Below are positions 51,961 through 64,000 of a stretch of DNA of 64,000 bases, one piece after another. Below the pieces are notes generated by a model. The model was not told the DNA's origin. It did no database searches and saw only the letters and a list, made by a program, of their open reading frames with translations. Where the stretch lies: positions 44,952,001-45,016,000 of the forward strand of contig NW_024704743.1 in assembly GCF_018977255.1 (NCBI RefSeq), in the 5' to 3' direction. The stretch is from Callorhinchus milii (taxonomy: Eukaryota). The position numbers and the translations under genes are program-made. Position 1 is the stretch's first letter; every line of letters begins with the position of its first letter.

Positions 51961-52117
51961 ATGTTTGACTGTATGGATGTGCTCGCAGTCAGTCCTGGGC
52001 AAATGCTGGATTTCTACACCCCAAGCCCTTCGTCTTGCATGTTGCAAGAGAAAGCCCTGACTGCATGCTTCAATGGGCTGACACACAGAGACTGGCCACA
52101 GAGACACAGCACTCAAT
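51961..52117 (+). CDS. RARB: Retinoic acid receptor beta, isoform beta2 first coding exon (A/AF-1 region); gene continues beyond the window
   Basis: Translates as [52 protein letters not shown], closely matching the recalled mammalian RARbeta2 N-terminus ([37 protein letters not shown]...). It is 157 nt, ends in phase 1 at a GTAGGT donor (52118) and lies downstream of the RARE promoter. Confidence 0.97.
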
Positions 52118-52272
52118 GTAGGTTTCATTATTATTATTATTATTATTATTACTATTATTATTACTACTGCCACTACTGTCGTTGTTTCTGTTGTTGATTT
52201 CAACCTGACTCCTTTCAATGCATCCCCTCTCCAGGGAGCTCGTCTTGATCTGGTTATGTTTATATTGAGGTT

Positions 52273-52276
<4 letters not shown>

Positions 52277-52308
<32 letters not shown>

Positions 52309-52615
52309 CCTCCTCTCTCTCTCTCTCTCTCCCCCTCCTCTCTCTCTCTCTCTCTCTCTCCCCCTCCTCTCTCTCTCTCTCTCTCCCCCTCCTCTCTCTC
52401 TCTCTCTCTCTCTCCTCCTCCTCCTCTCTCTCTCTCTCTCCTCCTCCTCTCTCTCTCTCTCTCTCTCTCCCCCTCCTCTCTCTCTCTCTCTCTCTCTCTC
52501 CCCCTCCTCTCCTCTCTCTCTCTCTCCCCCTCTCTCTCTCTCTCTCTCTCTCCCCCTCCTCTCTCTCTCTCTCTCTCTCCCCCTCCTCTCTCTCTCTCTC
52601 TCTCTCTCTCTCCCC

Positions 52616-52646
<31 letters not shown>

Positions 52647-52737
52647 CTCCTCTCTCTCTCTCTCTCTCTTCCTCCTCTCTCTCTCTCTCTCTCCTCCTCC
52701 TCTCTCTCTCTCTCTCTCTCTCCCTCCTCTCTCTCTC
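52277..52737. repeat. Pure polypyrimidine (CT/CCT)n tract
   Basis: About 460 bp of C/T only. Confidence 0.97.
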
Positions 52738-52889
52738 CAAATAAAAAGGAAAGTTAGTCCTCAACTGAGCCCAGGAGTGCTTTAACCACAGGGGGACAGG
52801 GCAGGCAGTTGTTTGTGTGTGTGTGTGTGTGTGATAGTGAGATCAGGAGGTGACAAGCGATCAGGTAGTTTGGGTATCTGTGCTTAGAT

Positions 52890-53310
52890 GGGTGTGTGGG
52901 GGTGTGAGAGTGGTGTGAGTGTGAGAGTGTGTGTGAGTGTGAGTGTGTGAGAGTGTGAGTGTGAGTGTGTGTGAGTTTGAGAGTGTGTGTGAGTGGAGTG
53001 TGTGTGAGTGTGTGTGAGTGTGAGAATGTGTGTGGATGAGTGTGTGTGAATGTGTGTGTGAGAGTGTGCGTGTGTGAGTGTGTGTGTGTGAGTGAGAGTG
53101 TGTGTGAGTGAGTGTGTGTGAGTGAGAGTGTGTGTGAGTGAGAGTGTGTGTGTGTGAGAGTGTGTGTGTGTGAGTGTGAGTGTGTGTGTGAGAGAGAGTG
53201 TGTGTGAGAGAGAGTGTGTGTGAGTGTGAGTGTGTGTGAGTGTGAGTGTGAGAGTGTGTTGGGGTGTGAGTGTGAGTGTGAGAGTGTGTTGGAGTGTGTG
53301 TGTGTGTGTG
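52890..53310. repeat. Compound (GT)n/(GAGT)n microsatellite
   Basis: Seen directly in the sequence. Confidence 0.95.
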
Positions 53311-53394
53311 GTGATCAATGTCCAGGAATGTGAGAGTTAAAGCAAGTGACACAAGCAGCAAAAAGTCCTGATCCTTTAATAGAATACCTCCTTG

Positions 53395-53820
53395 AGAGAC
53401 AGAGAGGAGAGAGAAATATATATATAGAGAGAGAGACAGAGAGAGAGGAAAGAGAAATATATATAGAGAGAGAGAGACAGAGAGAGAGGAGAGAGAAATA
53501 TATATATAGAGAGAGAGACAGAGAGAGAGGAGAGAGAAATATATATAGAGAGAGAGAGAGAGAGAGGAGAGAGAAATATATATATAGAGAGAGAGAGACA
53601 GAGAGAGAGGAGAGAGAAATATATATATATATATAGAGAGAGAGACAGAGAGAGAGGAGAGAGAAATATATATATAGAGAGAGAGACAGAGAGAGAGGAG
53701 AGAGAAAATATATATATATAGAGAGAGAGACAGAGAGAGAGGAGAGAGAAATATATATAGAGAGAGAGAGACAGAGAGAGAGGAGAGAGAAATATATATA
53801 TAGAGAGAGAGAAGAGAGGG
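53395..53820. repeat. Minisatellite of ~36-42 bp (GAGACAGAGAGAGAGGAGAGAGAAATATATATATAGAGA)
   Basis: About 10-11 units with variable (TA)/(GA) counts. Confidence 0.95.
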
Positions 53821-54583
53821 AGAGATGCCTCAGTGTGTAGCCACAAACAGATACAATACTGGAGCAGGAAGATGTCAAGTTGGAGAGAGTCAGTAACTGG
53901 ACAGTGATTTCAATAACTCCTCACACTGTACCTGTCTGCCCCTCAGCTGGAGGTGTCCAGCAGAGAGAGAGAGAGAGAGCAACACTGAGCAACATCCACA
54001 GGACACTTTGCAAATCCATCCTCGATTCATTTTTTTTGTATTTATTATTATTATTAGTAGTAGTATTTTTTAAATCGTCCCATTTCGAGCAACGCTGCTG
54101 CTTTTTCAATGTTTGGGAACTTTCTCCCTTTTGGGCTGAGTGTGTGTGTGTGTGTGTGTCTTGTGTGTCTGTGTATTATTGGGGATGGTTATATTTATGT
54201 TATAAAGCATTTTTTTTTATTTGCATTCATGTCCGGGTTTCCCTCTTGTCGTTGTAAAATCAAAGACCGTCTTGAAAAACAAATAAACCATCAGCTGGAG
54301 TGAGAGAGAGAGAGAGGGAGAGAGGGAGGGAGAGAGAAAAAAAACAAAGAGGGGAATTAACCTTATCAGAACAAAAATGTGAGTGTTTCTCAAGTGTGGT
54401 AAACCCAGGATTAGTGATAAAAAGACCAATATTATTATTGCCTGCACATCTGCATCCACATCCAAACCCACTCAGATCCTCCACATCACATCCTCAAATT
54501 ACACTGATACAAAAACCAAGAGATTCTTCTCTCCCCCCACCACATACACACACTCCCCCTCCACACACACACACACTCCACCT

Positions 54584-54619
<36 letters not shown>

Positions 54620-56949
54620 ATTTGGCTTAATATATGTTGTTGTTGTTGTTGTTGCAACATCAGACTAGGGGCCACTTTCCTGCAGAATGACACTGCGCAC
54701 ACACTGCAGTTCACTGAGCAAAGCTAAGACATATTAAGATATTTGTTAAGTAGATCATCTGACAATCCCTTCCTCGCCACATTCAATTGTAATGCAATTT
54801 ACAAACCCCCACCCTCCACACACACACACACACACACACACACAACCCCCAAAATCCCATCTGATTCAACATCTTTCTCTTTCAAACATTTCTGTTTTCG
54901 CTTTTGAGGAAATTTGATATACTCCTCTTATGCAAATTGGAAGGAAAATTGATGCCTTTATGTTGCAGTGTCCAGATAGCATTCAGTGGGATACAAGCTA
55001 AGACAAGGTTGGGGCTATTGGAATAATGGCTTTATTGTAACTAACTCACTGCAGAAAAAGCACCTACAATACCAGAGCAAGTTCTGCAGGGTAAATCTGG
55101 AGTTAATATTGCCTCTTGATTGTCAGTGACCACAGACGCTAGTATTTCCTGATCTGCTGTTCTTCATTAAGCGTTTTGTGGCTTTGTGTGTATTAATGGG
55201 TAGCAGAGACTGCAGATTGATTACACTGACCTGTCACGTATCTGAGAAACCTTTTTTTTGATTGTGCCAGTGTAATGAAAAGGAGATTGAGGGAGCTGAC
55301 AACACTAAGGTTTTAGTAATGTAATAATGTTGTAAGAGACACTTAAATTACCTGCTTGATGTATATTCAGCAATTTCAGCTGTTAGGGGAAAAAAATCAA
55401 TCCATAGTACAGTAACTTGTCCCTCGTGTGCTGGGACCAGCTGTAGACTGCTTTTCTTAAGCACTCTTCGCTTAAAAGTTTTATAGGCAAACCTCACTGT
55501 CTTGAGGGCCTAATTAAGTTATTAGAATGAAAATAGATGCAAATATAGCTTTAATGCTTCTCTGGGTTTAGTGCGGAAACAGTGTGTGACGTTCCTCTGA
55601 GCCAAATTATTAATTCATTATGCTGTTCCAACTCTTTGAGTATTATTATTCCGTCTACAGTAAGTAGTCTATAAATATTAAACTGAGCTGCCACAGGTGT
55701 TCTACATAATAGGGCCGAATGTGTTCAGGCCTATAAAAATCAAAAGAACAAGAGTAGTGTCGAGATCAGAGGATGTTAGTGCCCTGCTCAAAACCCACCT
55801 AATTATCGACTGTAACTGAGACATCCATGTGCCCACCAGAGCTGTGCTTGTACCACAAACCGAGGACAACTACATAGGGCAAAATAAAATGCCAGGTTGA
55901 GAATGTGAGCAAAACAGGATGCTACCAGACCTACACCATCACCGAAACTATCAGCCTTGGACCACTCCCCTTATGATGTGCCCCACTTAGTTGTGTGTGC
56001 CTTCTCCTTGGCACCTCTCTCTGGAGTCATTAGGAGCTTAATACGTGTACGTAGGTGGGTATAGTAGGTGCTGGTGAGTTCATGCCCTGGCTATCCGTAA
56101 CACAATGAATCAGGGTGGGTTCAAATTGGGGCTGTGCCTTTGTCACTGGGTTGCTTTGAAACAGGAAAATGACGCAAACTCGTGTATCTTGCTTACACTT
56201 CTGTTTGGCACACTGCAGCTTGCCCTGTTATAATAATACCAATCTTCGCATTTGATACAGTGCCTTTCACGTCAGGAGGATGTCTTATTTGTGCATATGG
56301 GCAAAACTGGACCATTTTGCAAATAATCATCCTTCAGCGAGGTTAAACTAAATGAGCAATCTGATAGAATGTGTCAGCTGGCGTTACTCGCTGTAAAATT
56401 GCAGATCTGGAAAATGACAGTTATCTATCAGTGGTAATAATGAGCATGTTTTATGCTGCAATAAGAGACCTCGAGCTGCTTTCAGCTCTCAGTCCCCCAT
56501 TCCAGCATAAATCATAGTAGAACGATCATTATTACCGCGATGAATCAAGGAGTGCAATTATATTCCTATTTGAATTTACAAATTTATTAAAGAGGCTTCC
56601 CTGCTAAGTTTAAAGCAATGTTAATGCAGCATTTCTGCTAGCATAATTTGTTTAAAAATATTAATCTGTAGAGTTATGTATATATATTTCTTAAAAACTG
56701 TTTATAAGGAAAAAAGAACAAAGTGCTCCATATCTTTGTGTCAGGCCACTCCTCCTGCAGCTGAAGCAGAACAAGAAGTTGTGTCTGTGATTCCCAGCTT
56801 TCCCTCCTCTTTCTGCCATCCTTAAACCTCAATGCCAGTTTCACAGATCGTGCAGACCCTGTACACTCACTATCTCTGCTATCCTTGTACCTAATATGAA
56901 ATAGATGGAGTATGGTGACTGCAAACAGTGGAACCTTACACAGGCAGTG

Positions 56950-57250
56950 ACTCTAGACAGGTGGAGAGTGACGACACTGGAGAGAGGTAGAGAGCAATAA
57001 TGCCGGACAGGTGAAGAGCAGCTTCATTAGACAAGACGAGAGCAACAACTTATAACAGAGGCAAAGAGCAGCGACTTGGGACAGGCAGAGAGCAGTTACA
57101 CTACACAGGAGAATAATAAGGTAGAGAGTAATGATGTTAAGAGCAGTGACACTGAACAAGCGATGAGCAGTGATTCTGGACACGCGGAAGAACAATTCTG
57201 GAGAGGTGGAGAGCAGTGACCACAGACTGGCAGAGAGCAGCTTGACAGTT
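56950..57250. repeat. Degenerate purine-rich tandem repeat (recurrent GAGAGCAG motif)
   Basis: Motifs such as GGACAGGTGAAGAGCAG and GGAGAGCAGTGAC recur at ~25-30 bp spacing. Confidence 0.5.
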
Positions 57251-58336
57251 TGAGAATACATGGTGCTAAACATGTTTTTAAATAAAAGGATGAGGAAAAA
57301 AACACGTAGGGTTACAAAACATAGCTGTGATGTGGGCAGTTGTATTTCTAGTGTATACAAGACAGTTTTTATGTACTTCAGTTCCTCACTATTGTATTTC
57401 ATGTTGTTTGTCAGGCAATAATTCACTTGCTGTTGGGATGATTGGATGAGCTGAGTCTGTAGTTCAGGGCGATGTGTATATTTGTAAATATCAGCGTGTC
57501 TCGATCAGCAACTCACCCACTGCATTTATGACAAGAAACAACAGGATTTCTGCAATGTATTTTTGCACAGTTACAGGAAACACTGAATGGGAGGACTTCA
57601 TCTGTAAAATCTTTATGAGCAAAAGTGGAGATATCGTAAGCTGCTTTAACATAAACAGCCAAATTCCTTATTTCCCGATTTGATGATATCTTGCAACAGA
57701 AACTTGAGAAGATTGTTTTTCCTTATAAACAGAAAACCTCTGGATACTGCAGCGCCTTTGCAATTCTGGAACATATTGTATGCTTTAAAACTCTAGGTCA
57801 GCAGGAAGTTTAGTGTTCGAGGGGTTAATATTTTTGTCTGTGCATAGGTCTGATGTTATAACAGTGCAGACCAGAAATAGGTATAAATGAACTTGATAGA
57901 CTTCACAAACTTGCTGCAGGAGATGGATAAATGAGTGGAAGGGGAGGGGATGCTTTCAAACTAATTATTATACAAGGTACTTGTCACGCTTTAATCAGCT
58001 TGGAGATCTTCTATTCTAGGATATATAATAATAATAATCCTTGAATTTGATATAACGCTTTTCACGTCTTCTAGACATCTCAACGTGCTTCACAGAATAT
58101 ACTGTAAAGTGAATTGACTGTATATTTGTGGGCAAAATGCAGCAGCCAATTGCACACAGCAGTGTCCCACAAACAGTCATAGACCCTGACATTTACTCAC
58201 CAAAACAATTAAAAAAGCTAATGGGCGTCGATCCCCATTCTGTCTAAGACTCGTACTAAAGAATGGTTGGCTTTAGAAGCATCCAGTTACTGATGACATT
58301 GCTTTCTGTGCACTGCACAAGCAAACCGTTTGCATT

Positions 58337-58608
58337 GTGGAGTCCTGTAGCATAGTGATTAGAGCACTCACCTTGCAAGTGAGAGGACCCGGGTTCAATT
58401 CTCGGGCCGGGCGAAACCTTAGGCAAGTTTCCTTATTCTGTTTACCTAGCAATAAGTAAGAACCCGGTTGTTAGTCGATTGGCAGATCACTTTCCAGGGG
58501 TAATAATCCCTCAAAAAAAAATACATTTGTCACTCAGTCCATGACAGTTTGTGCGACCCTGTGTGACGTGCTTTGAGACGCTATATCAAATGCAAGGATT
58601 ATTATTAC
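58337..58608 (+). mobile_element. Young tRNA-Deu SINE with internal deletions
   Basis: Same head and tail as 27898-28270, with the core partly deleted. A truncated minus-strand copy lies at ~58025-58180. Confidence 0.85.
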
Positions 58609-59389
58609 GCACAGTGAATGCGGAAGCACTGACAGGCAATGTCGGCCCCGTTACAAGGCGGGTTGGGATCTTATGGACTTCAATCACTGCGTTATTATAG
58701 ATCTCTTCTGACTGCTGCAGCACATCAGATCCTTCAAGGTTATGTGTGGTACTTCTGATACCCAGTTTTAATTATTATAAAATGCTGGGCTATGCTTGAA
58801 GTTAATACCTGTTAGCCACTTATTCAGAGCAGCTCTTTATAAACAAATGACTTGTGCATGCAGTTTATTGGAATGTGATATTACCATTATTTATGTTCTC
58901 AACAAGATAAAATGCTGGCAAAGAATGGGATGTCCTGTCTCTTGCAATGGGAAACAAAGAAAAAATCCCAGCAGTCTCAGACCACAGGCTTTAATAAAAC
59001 CTACAAATTATTAATTTTGCAACTTCCCCAAAAATGCAAGGTCACCTGCACCAGACCTCCAAGTTTTTCTTTAACTTATTTATGACATTGACACTTTGCA
59101 GTGTAAAAGGGAAGATGTTCCCAGTTTAGTAAGACATAACACAGCACCCAAGTGAGCTTGTATTTGTTTGCATCAGAGCTTGGGGTCGTATTTTCCACTC
59201 TCTGTCTGTGGGCACATTTGTATCCCATCAAATCATCAATGGGGTGAAGGCAATCATAATTGCAATGTTTTGTATTTGAGCAAGAAAGCTATGGCTCTGG
59301 TTCGATTTAATAAACAGCCACACCATTTGGCTATTTAAACTCTTATTTGAATGAACATCTAATGCACCAATTCTCTATAGATGACATGA

Positions 59390-59790
59390 ACAGGTTGGAT
59401 GAAGAAAACCCTTCAGTCCATTTGATCCCTTCCACAATACCTAGCCATCCACCTGTGCAACATCAAGCTTTTTTTAAATGAGTTCCGGGTGCTGGCCTCG
59501 ACCACAATCCATTTCAGTTGTTAATTACCCTTTGGGTAAAGGAATACTTCCTGATGTATGTCCTGAAATTGCCATTTACAGATCTGAACCTGTGTACACT
59601 TGTTCTGCTGCCTTGGCATATCAGAAAGTATTGTTCTTGGTTTATATTTCTTCATCGTATATACCTCTATAATGTTGTCTATGAAACATCTCTTTTCAAG
59701 GTCGAAGAGCCTTAGATTAGCTGGTCATTCCTCGCAGCTCATCCTTGTAACACTGGGGGTCATCCTCATTGCTCTCCTCTACACTGGCGC
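59390..59790 (-). mobile_element. Old CR1 3' fragment
   Basis: Similar to 26780-27090 (TGGGTAAAGGAATACTTCCTGATGTATGTCCTGAAATTGCC...TCTCTTTTCAAG). Confidence 0.65.
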
Positions 59791-60491
59791 TTGAGTTTTC
59801 CGAGTATTGAGGTTGAGTTGTTAAGTTTGGCTCCATCACCTTTCTTGAATTTTGATGCTGCATTTAGTTCATGTCTCTGGAGATAGCCTGGCATTACAAG
59901 GCCAGGTGTCTGCGTGATTACTTTAACTTTGAAGTCCTTACAGCATGTGTCAGAATGGAGGCAGTCTGTGTAACAGAGGAGAAGGAGATAGTGCAGAGGA
60001 CTCACTCAGGCAAACACAATATCCAAATATGGCATTTATATCATTGATGGGGTTAATCTTTATAATTATAGGAATTACAATACTGGTCCTTGTGAACTGC
60101 CTTGTGAGTCATCATACAATATCGTTGAGTAGTTTTTAATACTGGGCATTCAGGGATAGTGGGCAAATGTCCCATAAAGGGCGGTATCATGAATGAACTG
60201 TTGACAGAATCACTTGCCTCCTATTGCATTGTTCACATCCCCTCTGCAGAACATCTGCCAATTTATTAGATCTTCATCCAATTTCCCGTCTTTTCTCTAT
60301 ATACCTTGACACACATATTTCCTATGCATGTAAAGTGAAATTCAATTGTAAGTCAATAGTTGGGGTCTATCAAATCCCAACCCACGCTATAACGTGGCTG
60401 TGAAAGTTGGGTTCATTTGGACATGCTCACAGTGAAGCAGCTAGCTTCCTGCACCAACGGGTTCCCATGCTAAAAAAGAAGGCCAATGTCT

Positions 60492-60505
60492 GGGTCATCA
60501 GGTCA
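60492..60505 (+). promoter_or_regulatory. Candidate intronic DR2 nuclear receptor element
   Basis: Perfect GGGTCA-tc-AGGTCA in unique intron sequence. Motif only. Confidence 0.45.
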
Positions 60506-60669
60506 CCGTCAGTGTCACTTTCTGTGTGTGGTAAATGCAAAAAGAAAGAAGTGACATCAGCAAAGACCTATGTCTCAGAAATCTTCCATTTTAGTGCAAA
60601 AGTTGTGTCCCACATGGGAAGCAAGACTGTGTATGTGTTCAGTGAATGGAATCCATACGGCTACCATGT

Positions 60670-61010
60670 TATCAACCTGGCTTAATCGGTAACACTCTCA
60701 CTTCTGAGATACAAGATTGTGTATTCAAGCCGCATGTCAGGAGCTTGAGTTCATAAATAGGATAACACTCCAGTTCAGTGCTGGGTGAGGGCTTTCCTGT
60801 TGGAGGTGCCATCTTTCAGATGAGATGTTAAACTGAGGTCACAACTGCCTGTTCATGTGGATGTTAAAGATCCCTGGTAGTATGGAAATGGGAGTTTCTT
60901 ATCTCCTGATGTATTATGATAATGCCTGATAATGCCTGATTATGGGACATTGGCACGCATGAATTGGCTGCTACGTTCGCAGACAAATATACAGTCATTT
61001 GACTTATAAA
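60670..61010 (+). mobile_element. Older Deu-SINE
   Basis: Head plus GGAGGTGCCATCTTTCAGATGAGATGTTAAAC...AAAGATCCC and a Deu core. Confidence 0.75.
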
Positions 61011-62474
61011 ATCTGTCTGTCTGTCTGTCTGTCTGCATCCCTATTGATTCTGTATATAGAGTCTTCTGAGGCAATACATGTCACATTCTTCAGGCCTTCT
61101 TGTCTGCAAAATTGACTGCATAGAGTTAGGATCATTGCTCATCGATACTGTGCTATCACCATGCACTTCCATAGGGATGCAGCGCAGATTATAGGTAAAA
61201 ATCAGAGTCCACACAGTTCATTTTGTGCAGCCAAATGAACAATCATCTGAATGGCTGGACCCCAATATTGATTCCTTTTGTGATTTCATAAACGGATTAC
61301 AGTTGTATGATGAACAGATGGATCGACTTTTTCAACTCTTCTGCTCGCTTACAGATGATTTAAAAAGAAAGCATGGAAGAGACGGCAATGAGTGGTCCAT
61401 GTTATTAATTTTTAATTTTATTTTTTTTAAGATTGCTTGTCTTTTGATGTTTATCAAGTCAAGCTGCAGAGCATGCCTGTTTGGAATTAGCCTTCCAAGC
61501 AGAGTAAGCAGTGTGATCAAACAGTGCTCTTTACAAAGCTGACAGACTGACACTGCCAATTGAATCAGTGCTCGGAGAGCAACCCCAGGAACAGTGCGGC
61601 ACTGACCTGTGGACACTGATTTATGGAACAATACCTACTGTATTGAAATGTACAGTTCCCCGTCTTGATACTTTTGGATGGGCAACTTTGTAGTTTTTCT
61701 CAAGAATATCCCAAATTGAAAAATCCTCTTGTTAAATGATATTTCTTCTTGTTTTATTATTTCTGTCAATCTCCCTGTTTTCTTTCCTTAAATCGTCCCT
61801 CCAGATTATTACTCTCTATCTTTTTCTCTCTCGTTCTCCCTGCTTCGCGCTCTTTGGGATGCAAGATGTAATCACTTGCATGACATCACTGTATATAGTT
61901 ATCTGAATGCCCGGAAAGTGACTTTCACAGTGTTTTGCAAAAGGGACTTCTCCTTTCCTGCCAACAACAATTTGCATTAATCTTGAATCTTTTGTCTAAA
62001 AAAATCATCTCAAACCACTAAATAGGACAGGTAGACACTAATGAGGAAATAGGAAGAATTTACAGGTGCCTGAAAGCAGGATCAAAGAGAAAGTTCTGGT
62101 GAAAGCAGGGAGAGGTAGCGAGGCAAAGTGTTTTTGTGAGTGATTTCCAGTGGACAGAGGTAACATGGCCAAGGAGAAGCTTCCAATAATGGATCAGAAG
62201 GAATGGGGTGAATGAACTAGAGTCGGAAGAGAGGAGAGTGCAAATGGGATGTAAGATGTGAGAATAGAGGACAGCAAACATGCACCAACAGGGGAAAACA
62301 AAAGATTGTTGAAGGTTGTTTAAAGCTCTATCTCGGAATGAAATACCAACACTCTGGTGTTGTAGTTACCCCTGTTGTTCGGCTCAGTTGATAGTACTCT
62401 TGGTTCTGAAGGTTGTAGATTCATGCCCCCAAATCACATCCCAGACTGAAATCAGTGCCCTAGTGGGGAGCATT

Positions 62475-62848
62475 AATAATCCTTGCATTTGATATAGCGC
62501 CTTATCATGTCTTCAAGACATCTCAAAGTGCTTGTATACATCAAATGCAAGGATTATTTATTATTATATGCTGTAAAGTGAATTGACTGTATATTTTGTG
62601 TGTGAAACGCAGGAGCCAATTGTGCACACCAGTGTCCCACAAACAGTCATGACCAAATTTTGTTTTGAGGAATTATTAGCCCTGGAAAAGCAATCCGCCA
62701 ATTGACTAACAACCGGGTTCCTACTTACTGCTAGGCAAACGGAGGCGTGTGGAGTAAGGAAACTTGCCCAACGTTTCACCCTGCCGGGAATCAAACCCAG
62801 GGCTCTCGCTTGCGGGGCGTGTGCTCTAACCACTGAGCTACAGGACTC
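62475..62848 (-). mobile_element. Young tRNA-Deu SINE nested in an older SINE (~62372-63080, +)
   Basis: Full minus-strand copy. The host's head (GGCTCAGTTGATAG) lies to the left and its body (TGTCAGAGGTGCC...TTAAAGATTCCATG...TTGCTGTGTGG) to the right. Confidence 0.88.
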
Positions 62849-63733
62849 TGACATGTCAGAGGTGCCTTCAGTGGTCTCGTCTGCCTGTCTATGTAGGTGT
62901 TAAAGATTCCATGATACTACTGGTGAACAATAAATTTGTGATTAGTCCAGATAAATTAATCATTCATCTCATCGCTGTTTATGTGATATTGCTGTGTGGA
63001 AAATGGCTTATGTGTTTACCTACAATAAGAGTTACTACATTTGACAGTGATTACTGTGAAGCACATTGACAGTTTCGATATCCTAAGCATTGCAATCGTC
63101 TTCCCCTCCTTGACACAAAGTACCTTGGTCCCTTGTGTAAAACAGATGTTTCCATAATCTTAACAGAATTTAATTTATATAGCGCCTTTCACGTAGGAAG
63201 GACGTCTGAAAGCACTTTATGCAGCTGCTGGATGTGGGGGGCGGGGGGACTGCAAAAGGAGGGGAAGGAGAAAAGATGATCGAAAGCACGGCAGGCTTTA
63301 AATGTAGGCAGGGATGGGGTGAGACTCTGGGATGGAGCTCCAGAGAGCGAGAGCTATTGCCTCTTAATTTGATAAGCTGACCCTTTGAGTGAGAAGGTGT
63401 TAGAAAAGCCTGTGTTTGTCTGACATCGCTGTGCTTTGTTCACATCCCTAGCTTTATTACATTATAAACATTCAGCTGATTGATGTGCTGTTTGAGAGCA
63501 CTGGAGACTTGTGACCCTGACTCCCTCCCATTCGCTATTTCTTGGTCTGTCAGTGAGCTGAGGGTGCCTGTTTGATCAACATTTTGAGAACTGCCAATGG
63601 AGCTAATTCTGGAGTCACATTGTTTGCACCTGTTCCACAAACAGTTCAGATCCATGTATCACAGAGAGCTGGATCGCAGCAGCACTGCACAGCCAGACCT
63701 GTGTACATGGCCCGGTCAAACACTCTGACTGAA

Positions 63734-63758
63734 GGGTCACGGCCAGTTCACTGAGTCA
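63734..63758 (+). promoter_or_regulatory. Candidate intronic DR5 RARE with adjacent AP-1 site
   Basis: Perfect GGGTCA-cggcc-AGTTCA (63734-63750), then C and TGAGTCA (63752-63758). Motif only. Confidence 0.5.
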
Positions 63759-64000
63759 GGACTGCCAAGCGCAGAGCATCCACTTCTTCACTGAACTGTA
63801 GCTCCCCCAATGACTAACGTAATACAAAAATTGACATTCACCCAAGAAAAACGTAACATGAACATTTGTTATAACTATAAAACTGTTTATAGCATCGGCA
63901 TTAAGTATGATTTTGTACAGTTACTCTGTTACTTCAGATGCATTAATAAGTCTACAATGACTGATACAGCAGGATTTATGTTTGAATATGGGATAATAAG

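Noticed and set aside
51811..52197. 128-aa ORF with poly-Tyr tail as a complete protein
   Set aside because: It is the RARB exon read with leader sequence from a non-ATG start and through the donor into the intronic (ATT)n repeat.
52256..53878. Long ORFs of LS, ER, HT and IY repeats
   Set aside because: These are translations of microsatellites, with no coding evidence.
52118..64000. Next RARB exon (B region and DNA-binding domain)
   Set aside because: No IETQSTSSEE or zinc-finger sequence was found; it must lie beyond the window.

Overview
This is vertebrate genomic DNA, most likely from a cartilaginous fish; the SINE/L2/CR1 repertoire fits a holocephalan, and I found no HE1-type shark SINE (inference). 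The only host gene I can recognise is retinoic acid receptor beta (RARB) on the + strand. Its retinoic-acid-inducible P2 promoter lies at ~50890-51000 (CRE-like site, two DR5 RAREs), followed by a microsatellite-expanded 5' leader with conserved uORFs and a RARbeta4-type donor, then the RARbeta2 first coding exon (51961-52117) and the start of its intron. The remaining ~95% is non-coding and rich in Deu-domain tRNA-SINEs of two ages, L2 and CR1 LINE fragments (several nested), a decayed Tigger/pogo transposase, an unclassified hairpin-ended repeat family and simple repeats. The most notable observations are: (1) a remodelled P2 core promoter, with the TATA decayed and ~115 bp of microsatellite inserted before the conserved start block; (2) two extra perfect RARE-type repeats (DR2, DR5+AP-1) in the intron; (3) conserved but re-framed uORFs; (4) ultra-short L2 stem-loop-only insertions. 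I found no evidence for a new multi-gene system. Comparisons with mammalian RARB and with repeat consensus sequences are from memory, not alignments.
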